64,000 nt of DNA, from contig MU054323.1 in NCBI GenBank assembly GCA_013239625.1, forward strand, positions 14,388,029 to 14,452,028. The letters are read 5' to 3'. The position numbers and the translations under genes were made by a program. Origin of the DNA: Lama guanicoe (lineage: Eukaryota). How positions within the stretch are numbered: the stretch's first letter is position 1; every line of letters begins with the position of its first letter. Below the pieces are notes generated by a model. That model was not told the DNA's origin and made no database searches. It was given only the letters and a program-made list of their open reading frames with translations. Shown here piece by piece: positions 12,770 through 25,184 of this stretch.

Positions 12770-13005
12770 GTTGAGAGTATGGTTTCCAATCAGACTGGCC
12801 AGATTCGAATCCTTGTGCCAGTTCTTGTCAGCTAAGTGACTTTAGATCATTTAATAAATTTCCTCTGAAATAGATTTATGGATAGTACGGGCATCAAAGG
12901 GTTGATATGAGATTAAATGTAGTAATATTTATAGAGCGTGTACAACAGTGTCTATTTCATCATGTTTAATAAATTATAACAATTATTATTATTGTTACTA
13001 CTACT
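12770..13005 (+). mobile_element. MIR SINE
   Basis: 'tggttgagagtatggtttccaatcagactggccagattcgaatccttgtgccagttcttgtcagctaagtgactttag...gagattaaatgtagtaat'. Confidence 0.7.
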
Positions 13006-13139
13006 GTTATAGTGTGAAATTATTTAATTCCTCATAGATAACTGAAATAGGCTGTCTTATAAAGAGACAGAGATATGCAAAAAATAACTTAAACTCACCT
13101 ATAGTAAAGCCCTCAGTTAGATTTCTGGTGGACTGATTC

Positions 13140-13230
13140 TTTTTTTTTTTCTTGAAGTATAATCAGTTACAGTGTGTCAATTTCTGGTGTACAGCATAAT
13201 GTCCCAGTCATGCATATATATATACATATA
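13140..13230 (-). mobile_element. Short 5'-truncated L1 3' end (camelid-type)
   Basis: Poly(T) followed by 'gaagtataatcagttacagtgtgtcaatttctggtgtacagcataatgtcccagtcatgca', the reverse complement of the L1 tail at 46710-46790. Possible TSD 'attctt' at 13136 and 13231. Confidence 0.9.
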
Positions 13231-14269
13231 ATTCTTATGAGCAGATTTACTTTTGGTCAGCTGGCAACCCTACGTAGGCACAGCTGTTTGGACACTTAAG
13301 TGACAGTTTTAGCCAGGACAATATGAAAATACAGGAAAGTTTGTCTTTTTCATCATTGTTGTTAGTTCTGTCAGAGTTGATTTTATTTGTTTTAAATCCT
13401 TTGTCATAGCTCCAGGGCTTGTAGAGTGCCAGCCAGCTGGGAAGAAAAGCTCTCAGAAGTACTTATTTATCCACTCCCAGTGCATAACATCCTTAATATG
13501 TTGGAGGAATCAAGGAAAATAAAATTACTGGTTGCATTTTGCCAAATATTTCTGTCATTTCACATGCTAATTTTGGCTTTTCTTGCCATTGACCTGATAT
13601 AGCTAAAAATACAGACAAATTGTCCGTGAATAAGCCCATTCAGTTGGAGCGGTTTTAGTTAGTTTTTGAAGTCAACACAGATTTCAGAAGTTCATTTAGT
13701 TACCATCCTCAAGCATGGATTTTTCAGTGTCACTCACATTGAAATGTGTCTGAGAAATGGGTGCATTAGGGAGTTGGGGGAAATGGCATTTCCTCCAGGG
13801 AACATTCCCTTTGCAGGAACATAGTCACATTCTGGAAAGAATTCTACTTGTTTTACTGAATAATAACCTGTTTGGGATCTTAACCAAAAATTGCCTTTAT
13901 GTGTTTGTGCTCTTTCTGGTATGTGTGTCTAAATAATACATATATTCTCTTTCTGAGATCACTTTTTGAAATTGAGAAAAATAAAACTAAGTAAAAGGTA
14001 TATAATGCTTTTATTAAGACTTAAGAAAAATTGACCCATATTTCATGGAGAAAAAATGGATAAAATTATACAGAACTGGGAGATAAGGGAACCATGTCAA
14101 TTAATAATGTTATACAGCAGACACATATAATGATAGTTGAAAGCAGCCGGTCTTTTAAAATTACAAATAGTTGTTTTTACGCAAGTGAAAGGTAGGGCAA
14201 GGTTGCTACCAATGACAATATAAAAGATGGTAGTGGGGGATGGAATGAGAAGATATTCAGTGGGAGAAT

Positions 14270-14620
14270 TCACTAGTTTGATTACTAAACTCTTTCAGAT
14301 ACTCTATGGATGTGGTTATGAGATGTGGCTTATAGTGTAACACAAAGATAGACAGATAAACAAACAGCTAAATGAAATATCCTAAGTGATAACATTTGCA
14401 TACAAAGCGATCTGGTAGAGCGGGGCAGAGAGGAATTTTCTTCCTGGTTTGGGGGTTGTAGAGTTGTCAGACAGGCTTCACAGAAAAATTGACATTGAGA
14501 TCTTAAAAGATGTTTACGGGTTCACCAAGGAAAAGCAAAAGATCTTTCAAAAGGCAATGAGATCAGCTTGAGTAGAATAGCATTACACAAATGTCTGGCT
14601 TGAGTGGAGAATAGGAAGAA
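14270..14620 (-). mobile_element. L2 fragment
   Basis: 'acaggcttcacagaaaaattgacattgagatcttaaaagatg' is a typical reverse L2 motif. Confidence 0.5.
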
Positions 14621-16576
14621 TGAGACATTCTCTGGTCCTCTATGACCATTTCCTGTAATCATAGAAGGTCATCATTTGTATCTTCCAGACTAAAATAGAT
14701 CCATCATGTTTAATGAAATAGTAAAGTACCTGAGCTGTTTGGAGGAAAAAAGACAATTTAAAATTACAAATTGTTTTGAAATAAGTAAGTTAGATTTCCT
14801 TTTCATGAAGATAATGTTATGATAATAAAGCACTCAAAGTTGAACCATTGAAATCCCTAATGAAACTACTTTAAAAATATGTAAGAGAAGACATGAATAC
14901 ATTTTCTGGACAGCCCAAAGGACCATCATCTAATTGAATTTATCCTATACGTTCTGCATCTTGTATTGTACACTACTGTCAGGAAATCTCCAGAATATAG
15001 GGAAGTTACTCAGTTACTTGCAGGCAATGGGAATTTTTGTACTTTATTGCAGTAAATTCCGTTTTTAAGTAAACTAAATGTGAAAGATGTTGAAACATAT
15101 TCTGTTCCAGTATTTATATTAAGAAATTTGTTAAGGAAGTGGCATTTGGTAGAAGGAAAAAAGAAGTCAGTAATATTTCCATTTACTCATTGAAAATATC
15201 TTATTATGCATCAGGTTATCAAGTTCCATATTCTTTTGTGTCACTGCTCTTGTTAATAAAATAGTGAACTGTACTCATGTTGCCATTTCTCCTTTTAAAC
15301 TAAAAGTGTATAAGTTTATATGATGTATTTCATGCTAAGGAATGTTATAAGTTATGTACTGTCTTTCTCCAGTGTGATTTTTTAAAAATTTGAGGTATCA
15401 ATTTACATGCATTGATATGCACAGATTTTAAGTGCTACAATTGAAAGTTTTGACAATTAAAAATTCATAAGGAATATTATTCTAAATAACGTTTTATTTG
15501 CTTGTTACGTAATTTTTCTGATGTCATGAAAAATAATGTCATTAAAAGGCTAGGTAAGTATTCCTTTCTATCCTATTATCTGAAAATGTTTGTGTAAAGT
15601 TATTTTTGTTTTTTCTTTCTTAAATATTTAGTAATGTTCATCAGTGACATCATTTGGGCCTAAGTTCTCTATGTGGAAGTTACTAATTACCAATAATTTA
15701 ATTTCTATTAAAATATAGAGCTATTCTGTTATTTATCTATTTTCTCTTGAGTAAGCTATACTAATTTAAGTCTTCCAAGGAGTCTGTTTTATCCAGGTTA
15801 ACATGTTTATTCGAATAAGGTATTTGTGTTTATCCCTAATTATCCATTTTATGTTTGTATGATGTATGGTGTGTCCTGTCCTTTATTTCTGAAATTGATG
15901 CTTTGTGTTTTCTCTCTTGCTTACGTGATTAGTTACTAGAATTTTATCAATTTTATTTCTTGAAATAAAATCTTTTGTTTTCATTGTTTTTTTTTCCTTT
16001 TCAGTTTTTTATTTTACTGCTTTTTGCTGATATCTTTATTATTTTCTTCTTTCTGATCTGCTTTTTATGTTAGGTGCATACACATTTAGGATTTGTTTGC
16101 CTTTTTAATGACTAGATCCTTTTATCAGTATGTAATGTTATTCTTTCTCCCTGGTAATTTTCCTTGTTCTGAAATGAATCTTTTTTGTGTGTATTAACAT
16201 GACCACTCCAACTTTCCTTTAATTAATGTTTGCATGGCATAGCTATTACCGTCTTTATTTTTAATTTATTTTGATCTTTATATTTATAGGAGGTTTTCAT
16301 AGACATTATTTAGTCAAGGTTTTGCTTTTATTTTCAAACTAACAATCTCTGTTTTATAACTGAAGTGTTAGAGTATTTTAAGCTCATACCCATATACTTA
16401 TTGATATGGTAAATTACCACCTTAATTATTTTATTTTTTCTCATGTATTCTATGCAAAATTTTCCCTCTTTTTTGGTCTAAATTCTATTAGTCATTATTT
16501 ATAATTGTATGTTAACTTTACACTTGTTTATTGTTTCTAGAGTTCCATTTTGTTAGTAGATATCCTCAGATCTGCA

Positions 16577-16579
<3 letters not shown>

Positions 16580-16619
<40 letters not shown>
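16580..16619. repeat. (TG)n microsatellite, ~16 perfect units
   Basis: Read directly. Confidence 0.97.
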
Positions 16620-17030
16620 CATCTTTATTACAGACAACCTTCAAATACTATCACACATCTTTATGTATAGCGTAGGAACTCTACAATATTCTATTTCCAT
16701 TTTATTTCTCCCATTAGTTTCTTACTATTGTCATTTATTTCTACATTAGTTACCACCACCCAGTACATTAGTATTATTTCTGCATTAAATAGTCAAAATT
16801 AGAAAAAAGTAACATTTACTCACATATTACTATTTCAGTGCATTTCTTTTTTCCATTTTTCTTTTTTTTTTTGGCTTTGTTTTGTCTTGTTTTGTCTAAT
16901 TCTAGGCTTCCACTGGTATCATTTTCCTTCTGCCTTTCTATAAATTATTTAATCTTCTATATACCTAACAAAGCTTTTAATTGATCTTTGTTATGAGAAT
17001 ATATTTTTTGTGAGCATAGAATTTTATGTT

Positions 17031-17515
17031 GAAAGATTTTTATTTTATTTTATTTTTTAAATTATAAATGCTTTATTCATAATTGCCAGAAAATGGAAAT
17101 TACCCTAATGTCATACTGATCTCCAGGGGCACCCATTTTATCTATGCCACATAAGATTTTAGACATTGGAGAACCAAAAGAAGTATTAACTATAAAATGT
17201 CTGCCATCATGGAGCTTGGATGTCAGAGTGTCTCTGTGCTCTGTCATTCACATTCATTTTCCTTATCAACACCTAGGCTGGATTTAAGACTCCATCATAA
17301 TTGGTCTATTCAGTGACTCCCATGTTGCTCAATCCAGAGTGCAATTGTTTGACCTCGTCTTAGTCACCACAAACACAGCATTTTCCCAGCTTCCCCACAT
17401 TTTTTTTTGGCTGCTGCTTCTGGCTTCTGTTTTCATGTACCCTTTCTTCCACCTCACAAGCCACTCCATCTTACAGCCTCCTTTGTGATTTCCACCTCAG
17501 AAAGATTTTTATTTT
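17031..17515 (-). pseudogene. L1-mobilised retrocopy (processed non-coding transcript or orphan transduction) with 16-bp TSD
   Basis: Direct repeat GAAAGATTTTTATTTT at 17031-17046 and 17500-17515; T-rich tail to 17058; minus-strand AATAAA at 17072-17077; body made of L1 and L2 fragments; host L1M is collinear across the insertion. Confidence 0.8.
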
Positions 17516-17883
17516 TTAATTATCATTATTATTATTGTGGTTGGCACTTTAAAATACTGCTCCATTATCTCCTCCATTGCCTGGCTTCTGATAAAAAGTC
17601 CACTGAATTTCTTATCTTTGTCCCTCTTTACATCTTACATCTGTTTTTCTCTGACTTTTAAAACTGAAAATAGTTGATTATTGTGTGTCGTGATTTAGTT
17701 TTCTTCATATTTCATGCTTTAAGTCTCTGTTTTTATAATTTTTATCATATTTGGAAAAACTTGGCCATTATTAAAATACACTTTTCCTACCTTTCCTTCA
17801 CACTTCACTTCTGGCATTCCAATTTACACAAATAGAATCTTTGATATTGCCCGACAGGTCTGGAATGTACTCCGTTCTATCTA

Positions 17884-17885
<2 letters not shown>

Positions 17886-17912
<27 letters not shown>
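17886..17912. repeat. Poly(T)27 tract
   Basis: Read directly. Confidence 0.95.
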
Positions 17913-17914
<2 letters not shown>

Positions 17915-17923
17915 TGTTTTTGT

Positions 17924-18052
17924 TTTTGTTTGGGTAAATTCTACTGACTTATCTTAGAATTTACTGATTTTTTTTCTGTCATTTCCAATTTTGTTTGGGT
18001 AAATTCTACTGACTTATCTTAGAATTTACTGATTTTTTTTCTGTCATTTCCA
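17924..18052. repeat. Exact tandem duplication, 65-bp period
   Basis: 'ttttgtttgggtaaattctactgacttatcttagaatttactgattttttttctgtcatttcca' starts at both 17924 and 17989. Confidence 0.95.
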
Positions 18053-18749
18053 GTGCATTGATAAACCTTTTGAAACAATTTTCTATCTCTAATATTTTGT
18101 TCTTAATTCCAGAATTACTATTTCAAACATTTATTATAGTTTGCATTTCTCTAGTGAAATTCAACATACAAGTTGGCCTTATTTTCTACTAATTCCTTTA
18201 ACATAGATCTTTTTAAATCCCTGCCTGAAAGTTTCAACATACATATCATCTTTTGGTCTGGTTTTGTTGGCCACTACATGTTTTCACATTGGGTCACTTT
18301 TTGAAATTTTTATTGTGTGTCTTATGATTTATTCAATGCCAGGTGTATATTAAGGTATATCAGAGGTGGAGGTAAATATTAATTATACCCAGAAACACCT
18401 CTTCTATTTGTTTTGGGATACTGAATCAGGATATTCAGAAATTGAGTTGAGATTTAGTATTTGTTGTTGCTATAGTTACCTCTAATGCACCACAGGCTTC
18501 AAATTCCCCTAGAAGTGATCTGCTGTTTCCTTATGTATCTTACATTAATGGTGAGTTTTAAAAACTTTGCTGGTTTTTAAAATTATCCTCAGCTTTCAAA
18601 ATGCCCAGCATGTCTGCTCCACATAAGGGACTCTTTCTATGCATGTTCCCCCTCATCAGAATGGCTTTATTATTCTTATTTCTACCAACATTCTGTTCAA
18701 GATTACTTCTCTTTCTAAATTCAGAATATTTTCTAAGAAGATTGAAACT

Positions 18750-18933
18750 TTCTAGAGCTCTTCTCTTTCTGAGCCTTCAGTAGAATTGTTTTTGACGTTT
18801 TGTTCATGGCAATGTAGGCTTTTTCTGACATGCGTCTCAAAAGTCTTCCAACCTCTACCCATTGCCCAGTTCCAAGTCCTTGCCTCTTTTTAGCTGTTTG
18901 TTATAGCAGCACCCCATTTCTCATATCAATTTC
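18750..18933 (-). mobile_element. MaLR internal region (MLT1-int 5' start) adjoining the LTR
   Basis: 'tagcagcaccccatttctcatatcaatttc|tgtcttagt' resembles the reverse complement of the MaLR LTR/internal junction. Confidence 0.7.
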
Positions 18934-19144
18934 TGTCTTAGTCTGATATAATAGAAAACTATAGACTGGGTGTCTTATAAACAATAGAAATTTATTTCTC
19001 ACAGTTCTGGACACTTAGAAAGCTGAGATCTGGGCACTGGCAGATTTGGCATTCAGTGAGGGCCTGCCACCTGGTTCATAGATGACTATTGTCCCTCTGT
19101 GTCCTTACATGGTGGAAGAGATAAGGTTGCTCTCTGAGGTCTCT

Positions 19145-19626
19145 TTTTATTTTTATTTTTTAAATTGAAGTATAGTTGCTGTACAATATTATATAAGTTA
19201 TAGGTATATATAATATGGTGATTCCAATTTTTAAAGGTTATACTCTATAGTTATTATAAAATATTGGCTATATTTCACATACAATATATACATGTTGCTT
19301 ACATGTACAATATGTACAATATATCCTTGCAGCTTATTTTATACCTTACAGTTTGAACCCCGTCTCCCTACCCCTATGTTGCCCCTCCCCCTTCCAATCA
19401 CTAACCACCGGTTTGTTCTCTGTATCTGTGAGTCTGCTTCTTGTTACACTAACTAGTTTGTTTTATTTTTTTTAGATTCCACATATAAATGATACCATAC
19501 AGACTTTCCAAGTCTGACTTATTTCACTTAGCATAATGCCGTTCAAGTCTATCCATCCATGCATACATATATATATGTATATGTATACATATATACAACA
19601 GATGAAATGGATGAAGTTGTGAGATT

Positions 19627-19669
<43 letters not shown>

Positions 19670-20340
19670 CACATCTTCTTTATCCATTCATCTGATGGAC
19701 ACTTAGGTTGCTTTCATACCTTGGCAATGATAAGTAATGCTGCTATGAACATTGAGGTGCATGTATCTTTTTGAATTAATGTCTTTGGTTTGTTTGGATA
19801 TAAACCCAGGAGTGGAGTTGCTGGGTCATGTAATAGTTCTATTTTTTGTTTTTTAAGAAACTTTCGTGCTGTTTTCCACAGTGGCTGCATCAATTTATAT
19901 TCCCACCAACAGTGTGTAGGAGTTCCCTTTTCTCCACATCCTTGCCAACATTTGTTGTTTGTATTCTTTTGATAATAGAAGGTATGAGGTGATATCTCAT
20001 TGTGGTTTTGATTTGCATTTCCCTGAAGATTAATGACACTGACCATCTTTTCATGTGCCAGTTGGCCATCACCATTTCGAATTTAGAAAAATGTATATTC
20101 AGTTCTTCTGCCCATTTTTAAATTGGGGTGGTTTTGTTTGTTTTTTGATGTTGAGCTGTATGAACTGTTTATTTATGTTGGATGTTAATCCCTTATCAGT
20201 TGTATCATTTGCAAATATTTTCTCCCATTCAGTAGGTTGTCTTTTCATTTGTCGATGGTTTCCTTTGTTGTACAAAAGCTTTTAAGTTTAATGATGTCCC
20301 GTTTGTTTATTTTGCTTTTATTTCCTTTACTTTAGGAGAT
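19145..20340 (-). mobile_element. 5'-truncated L1 (ORF2 C-terminus plus 3' UTR), artiodactyl-type
   Basis: ORF 19714-20046(-) gives '[28 protein letters not shown]...[11 protein letters not shown]', the L1 ORF2 Cys-rich domain. Poly(T) tail at ~19145-19161; degenerate TSD 'gaggtctctttt'/'gagggtctgtttt'. Confidence 0.95.
19631..19664. repeat. (CA)17 microsatellite
   Basis: Read directly. Confidence 0.97.
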
Positions 20341-20489
20341 GAGGGTCTGTTTTGTAAGGACACTAATCCCACTGATGAAGACTCTGCCTTCAGGGTCTAA
20401 TCACCTCCCAAAGGCCTCACTTCCAAATACCATTACATTGGGGGTTAGGTTTAAACATATGAATTTTGGAGAGAGATAAACAGTTTCTG

Positions 20490-22050
20490 TTAGTCTGGTG
20501 CTCTTCATTTCTTTAGTTAGATCCAAGATTCCATCTGGATTATGCTCCTGGCACTTAAATAACTATTTATAACATTTCTTACATTGTACTGGTCAAAATT
20601 AATTCATTTTTGGTTTAATCTCAAAATGTCTTTATATTGTCTTCCTTTTTGTAACAGTATTTTCACTTGATAGAATTCTAGAATGGTGATTTTTTTTTTC
20701 TCCCAGAACATTAAAGATGTTATTCCTTTGAGATCTGTGCTTGCATTGTCTCTGAAGAAAAGTAATTAGTGTTTCTTATCATTGTTCTCAGACATGTAAT
20801 TCCTTCAACCCCTAGTCACTTTTAAGATTTTTTAAATCTTTGCTCTTCAGAAATTTTGCTATGATAAGCTACGTATGGTTTTGCTGTTGTTTATTCTTCT
20901 TGAGATTCACTGACCTTCTTAAAACTGTGAGTAGATATTCTTTACAAGTAAACATTTTTCAGCATTATTTTCTTCAAAATATTTTTCAGCTCTTATTTTT
21001 CTCTCCTCTATTTCTGACATTCAAATCACTGAAATGTTTGATTTCTTTTTCTTATTTTCTCACATATGATAGATTCTCTTGTTTATTTCTGCCAGCTTTT
21101 TTCTCCCTCTAAATTTCTGTTTAGATAATTTTTTTCTGTTTCTTCAACTTCTCTGATCATTTCCTTTGCAGTTTTCAATCAGTTATTGTTTTATCAAATA
21201 AGTTTCTTATGTTAAGTATTTTATCATTTAGTTCTTGAATTTCTACTTCATTTTATCATTTCCATTATTCTGTTGGGAGTCTCATTGCTTTTTCAACCAG
21301 TGTATTTATCTTTTCTGAAATATATTAAATATTGTTTATAGCTCTTATGTCATAGCTCAAAAATTTCATTTGTGGTTCTATTCACATTGTCTTTTTTTCT
21401 TAATTACAGTAACAGTCAATGATTTTCTGCTTCTTTATTTTTTTAATTTTTAAAAATGTTTTAAAAAGTATTTTAAATGGTACATTGTTGACAGTCTGGT
21501 TTCTGTTGTCTTCCTTTAAAGAGTAATGAAGGTATTTTTCCCCCTAAGAGGCAATTAATTTACTGGTGAATTATGTGATACTAATTAAGATTGATTTTAA
21601 GCTTTGTTAGAGTAAACCTAAGTTAGGCCTTATTAAATGTCTCAGGTAGTTCTTTTAAGGTATGACCTTTTGAAATCTCATTTGAAAACCAGAGGTAGTC
21701 AACATGGTCTCTCTACTCTGTCAGGCTAGAATTCTTATGTCTCCTTATATTTTTTGACCCATAGAATTTCTGTTTGCTGTTCAACTTCCCAGTAACTAGA
21801 CATCATGCAATTCCAAGTTGCATATGTGGAGTTTAAGGTTTATCCAAAGACTTAACTAGATCCTTTTCTGTGCAGTAACCTACTTTCCAATATCCTACAC
21901 TCCAATTTTTCAGTCACTTCAGTAGGCTGAGCTCAGAATTCTGCCTCCTCAGCTCAGCAATATCACTATGCTTTGCTTAAACCCCATTTCCTTATATTGT
22001 TGTCTTGAAAGTAACTTAAGGCAGAAAGCTGGACTAATAATGAAATTATT
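20490..22050 (-). mobile_element. Ancient L1M ORF1/5' region fragment
   Basis: 'atccaagattccatctgg', 'tagaattctagaatggtgatttttttttt...aacattaaagatgttattcc'; T-rich and degenerate. Confidence 0.7.
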
Positions 22051-25000
22051 TTTCATTGATCTGCACAATAAATGAGAATATGATCATGTTTTGCCTATAC
22101 TGGGATACCAAGATTTTCACTACCTATTTTAGAATTCAGAGGTAACAGCAAATAAGAACCTTTAAAATCCTTAACGTATGTAAGTCATAATGATATAATT
22201 TTGATTTGTTTGAAATTGTAAGATTGTACTATCAAATACAACTAATTCAGTCCCACCATGGACAGTTTCTTTGTATCTAAGCTCAATTTATCTTTACTAT
22301 TTACAAAATTAACAACTATAAACAAATACTTTCAGGATTTTTTCATCAAATTAGACTTATACTTTGTGTCTATTTTTGCATACCTATACACATGTCCTAC
22401 CAATTAGGACTTCTTATTCTAATCAGAATAGTATGTTATCATTTTAGTACACATACTAAATCAGAAAGTAATTAACTAATTTCCCAATATAGAAAGAGAT
22501 TTATGGTGTCCTTCATAGCTGTGTAACCAAAAATGTTTACAGTTGAAAGATGAATGTGTCATATCTTGTTAGGAAATAGAATGGCAAACGTATTTTTTTT
22601 TTTTTGCAGTTTACGTGAAGTAATGACCTATGATCATTTTATTATTTTAACCAATAAGCTGCTCCACTTAAGTATAAAATGGACTGGCTTTGCTTTGTGG
22701 GTAGGAGGTGTCACGAATAAACCAAGTAATACTCATATTCATTGATAACCTACTGGTAGAACCTAAGGGAGAAGCAACTGGTTATAAGTATTAGTTTGAA
22801 AATTACAGAGAGTTGGGTATAAAGGAAGTTTAAGAAATTATTTGTTCCAGTCTTCTTCACTGTTAGACTAGTGAGAGGCATTTGTTGCTGAATATTTTCT
22901 CAGAATTTTAAAGGACAAAGTTCCCACATCTCCATGCCTCTGGGACACTATACTGATAAATTGCTGTTGCTTTATTTTAACCCATGTCTTATTTGGATTA
23001 TTTATGTATATAGAATACAGATATTTGGCATTTCTTTAATTATGGTTCTTCATTAAAGGCTGTGGTGGCAGTAGGTATGATAACCTTTATCTCTCATCTA
23101 ACTTAAGGAGAATTTGGAATTGTTAATTATTTAAACATATATTCCAGATGTAAGCAATGCCCTAGAGAAGGCATGGTTTCCTTCAACATCCCAGAGCAGT
23201 TTCAACCTTAGTATTTCCTCCTTCCTGTGTGGAAAGATTTCTCTTTTCTTTTCTTTGTGTTCCTTCCTTCTGTTATCAGAGCCCTATTATTACAAACTGT
23301 GTCCCTCTACCATAGCCCCCCCTTTTCAGTATAGAGCCAGCTGGAAGTATCACCCCAACCATACCCTCATTCCACACCTTATGCTATTAGCCTCAAAGCC
23401 AGAGAAACAGATAATGCACGTTAAGGCTCCCTATAAGCTCTAACTAGCCTTATAGTATAAATGCATACTCACATATAATCAAATTAAATAAAATGTTCTT
23501 TTAATCCAAAAGATTTTGTTGTATGCTCAGGATATGTTCACAAGTAAATCTGTGAACGAGGCAGAAATAATCTCAAAATTATTCTTTACTGAGCAGATTC
23601 CCTACCTTAGTGAAAATGAAAATAACAGCTGTAGTAAAAGCATATGGATCAGCAAATGCTCCGGTCTAAATATTCCTCTGGCGTTTATGCTACAAAATGC
23701 CTCCCTGTTCTGGCATTCAGCTTTTCCTGTAATAGCACACAGAGAAGCAGTGCCAGCTTGATGTGCCAAATAAGGAATCCCTCCTAGGGTCTGGTAGGAA
23801 TGGGACAATGCCAGCCCACTGGGCACCACACAGAGTTTTATGTTAGTGATAATATCTTGATGTACAACTCTAAGGAAATCAGAAAGCCAAGGTTTTCGGT
23901 GGTACAAATGTGTCTTTCCAGGACCCTTTGACTAGTGGGGAGTATTTCAAGTATAAGAAAGTGTTATAGCCAGACCAGTATCTATGATGGCAGATTTTTT
24001 TCTATGAAATTTAGTCATTCAAAAGACAAAATGAAGTTCAGGGACCCAAGGTTGAAATGAAGCAAAAAATGTCTAATAAAAACAAGTTGCATTACTTACA
24101 AGAATATATGTGGAGGCCTTAAATATTTTCCAGTTTGAAATACAAATTCAAGGCTATGCTAATTTCCCATCTCAAATGTAATTACTGAAGTCCTCTAAAT
24201 ATTACTGAACAGTAATGGAGCAACAAGGATATGACATTTAAAACAAATCCCACCACCTCTGCAAGAGGATCCACTCTGCCCCTGCCCACTGCTGCTATAA
24301 CTGCTTCCTTCACAATTGGCACTTAGACTCTCTGGTCACAGCTGCATCAGGCTGCCATCCCCAGGGATGCAGAGTTTTAACAATATCTGCTTCATACATG
24401 ATCCTTCAGGGAGAAAGGGGAATTGCTAAAAGAGCAGAGGAGGTAGGGGATGGATGAAATAAGTGGCACCTTCCATTCTGCTAAGACCCAGTCAGTCGGC
24501 CTCAGAACACATTGTTAAGACCTGCTGTGCCTACGGAGGCCATGATTTCCAGTGAAATGCAAAACAGAGGTTCTGACCTCACATACCTGAAACAGATTCT
24601 TAGCATTTCTTTTTTTTTTTTTTTTGACAGAGAAATGATCCTGGTTTCTTGGCCAGAATCCAGTATGATAATTGCATTTCTGTTCACCTATCTTCTTCCT
24701 CCAGTTTTATTTTTTCACTATTAGTGGAAATTCTAATACATTATGAAGAGACACATTTAGCCACCACATTCCAAGGAGAGTATGTCCCCAAGATAGGAAG
24801 GGGAAAATTAATAATAATCAAATATTCTTTTATTCTAAATGCACTCATCTTTTGATGTTTGTGATATACTTTGTGTAAAATTCCTGTAAGAAAACTCTAT
24901 CATAACTAAGAGAGGGTACCCTACTTTATTACGAAAAACCCTTACTAATAAGAAAAGAGATTTATGTGAAGTCAAGTGTGTAATTAGTAAAGAACCAAGG

Positions 25001-25184
25001 AAAACAAGGTCATTCCAAGGGACTGAAGAAATGCGAGAGTGCTTTCGGTTATTTCGGGGAAGTGAATTATTTATCTAAATGCACTCTTTAACACTCAGTA
25101 CTTTTGATTAGTTTCTGATTACACAAAAAATTCACAAATCCATCTTCTTCATGAAAATAACATTATTACTTCTATTCTATTACA

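Larger units (their letters stand above)
15375..18740 (-). mobile_element. Ancient mammalian L1 (L1M-type) fragments: 3' UTR piece, ORF2 N-terminal region and ORF1/5' region
   Basis: T-rich plus strand with L1 motifs 'atttagtaatgttcatcagtgacatcatttgggcc', 'gttaggtgcatacacatttaggatt' and 'gagcatagaattttatgttg...cactttaaaatactgctccattatctcc'. No intact ORF. Confidence 0.75.
18934..20485 (-). mobile_element. MaLR LTR, MLT1A0-like, split by an L1 insertion (18934-19148 and 20341-20485)
   Basis: Left part 'tgtcttagt...aacaatagaaatttatttctcacagttctgga' and right part 'gtaaggacactaatccc...gggggttaggtttaaacatatgaattttgg' are collinear with the MLT1A0 consensus. Confidence 0.87.
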
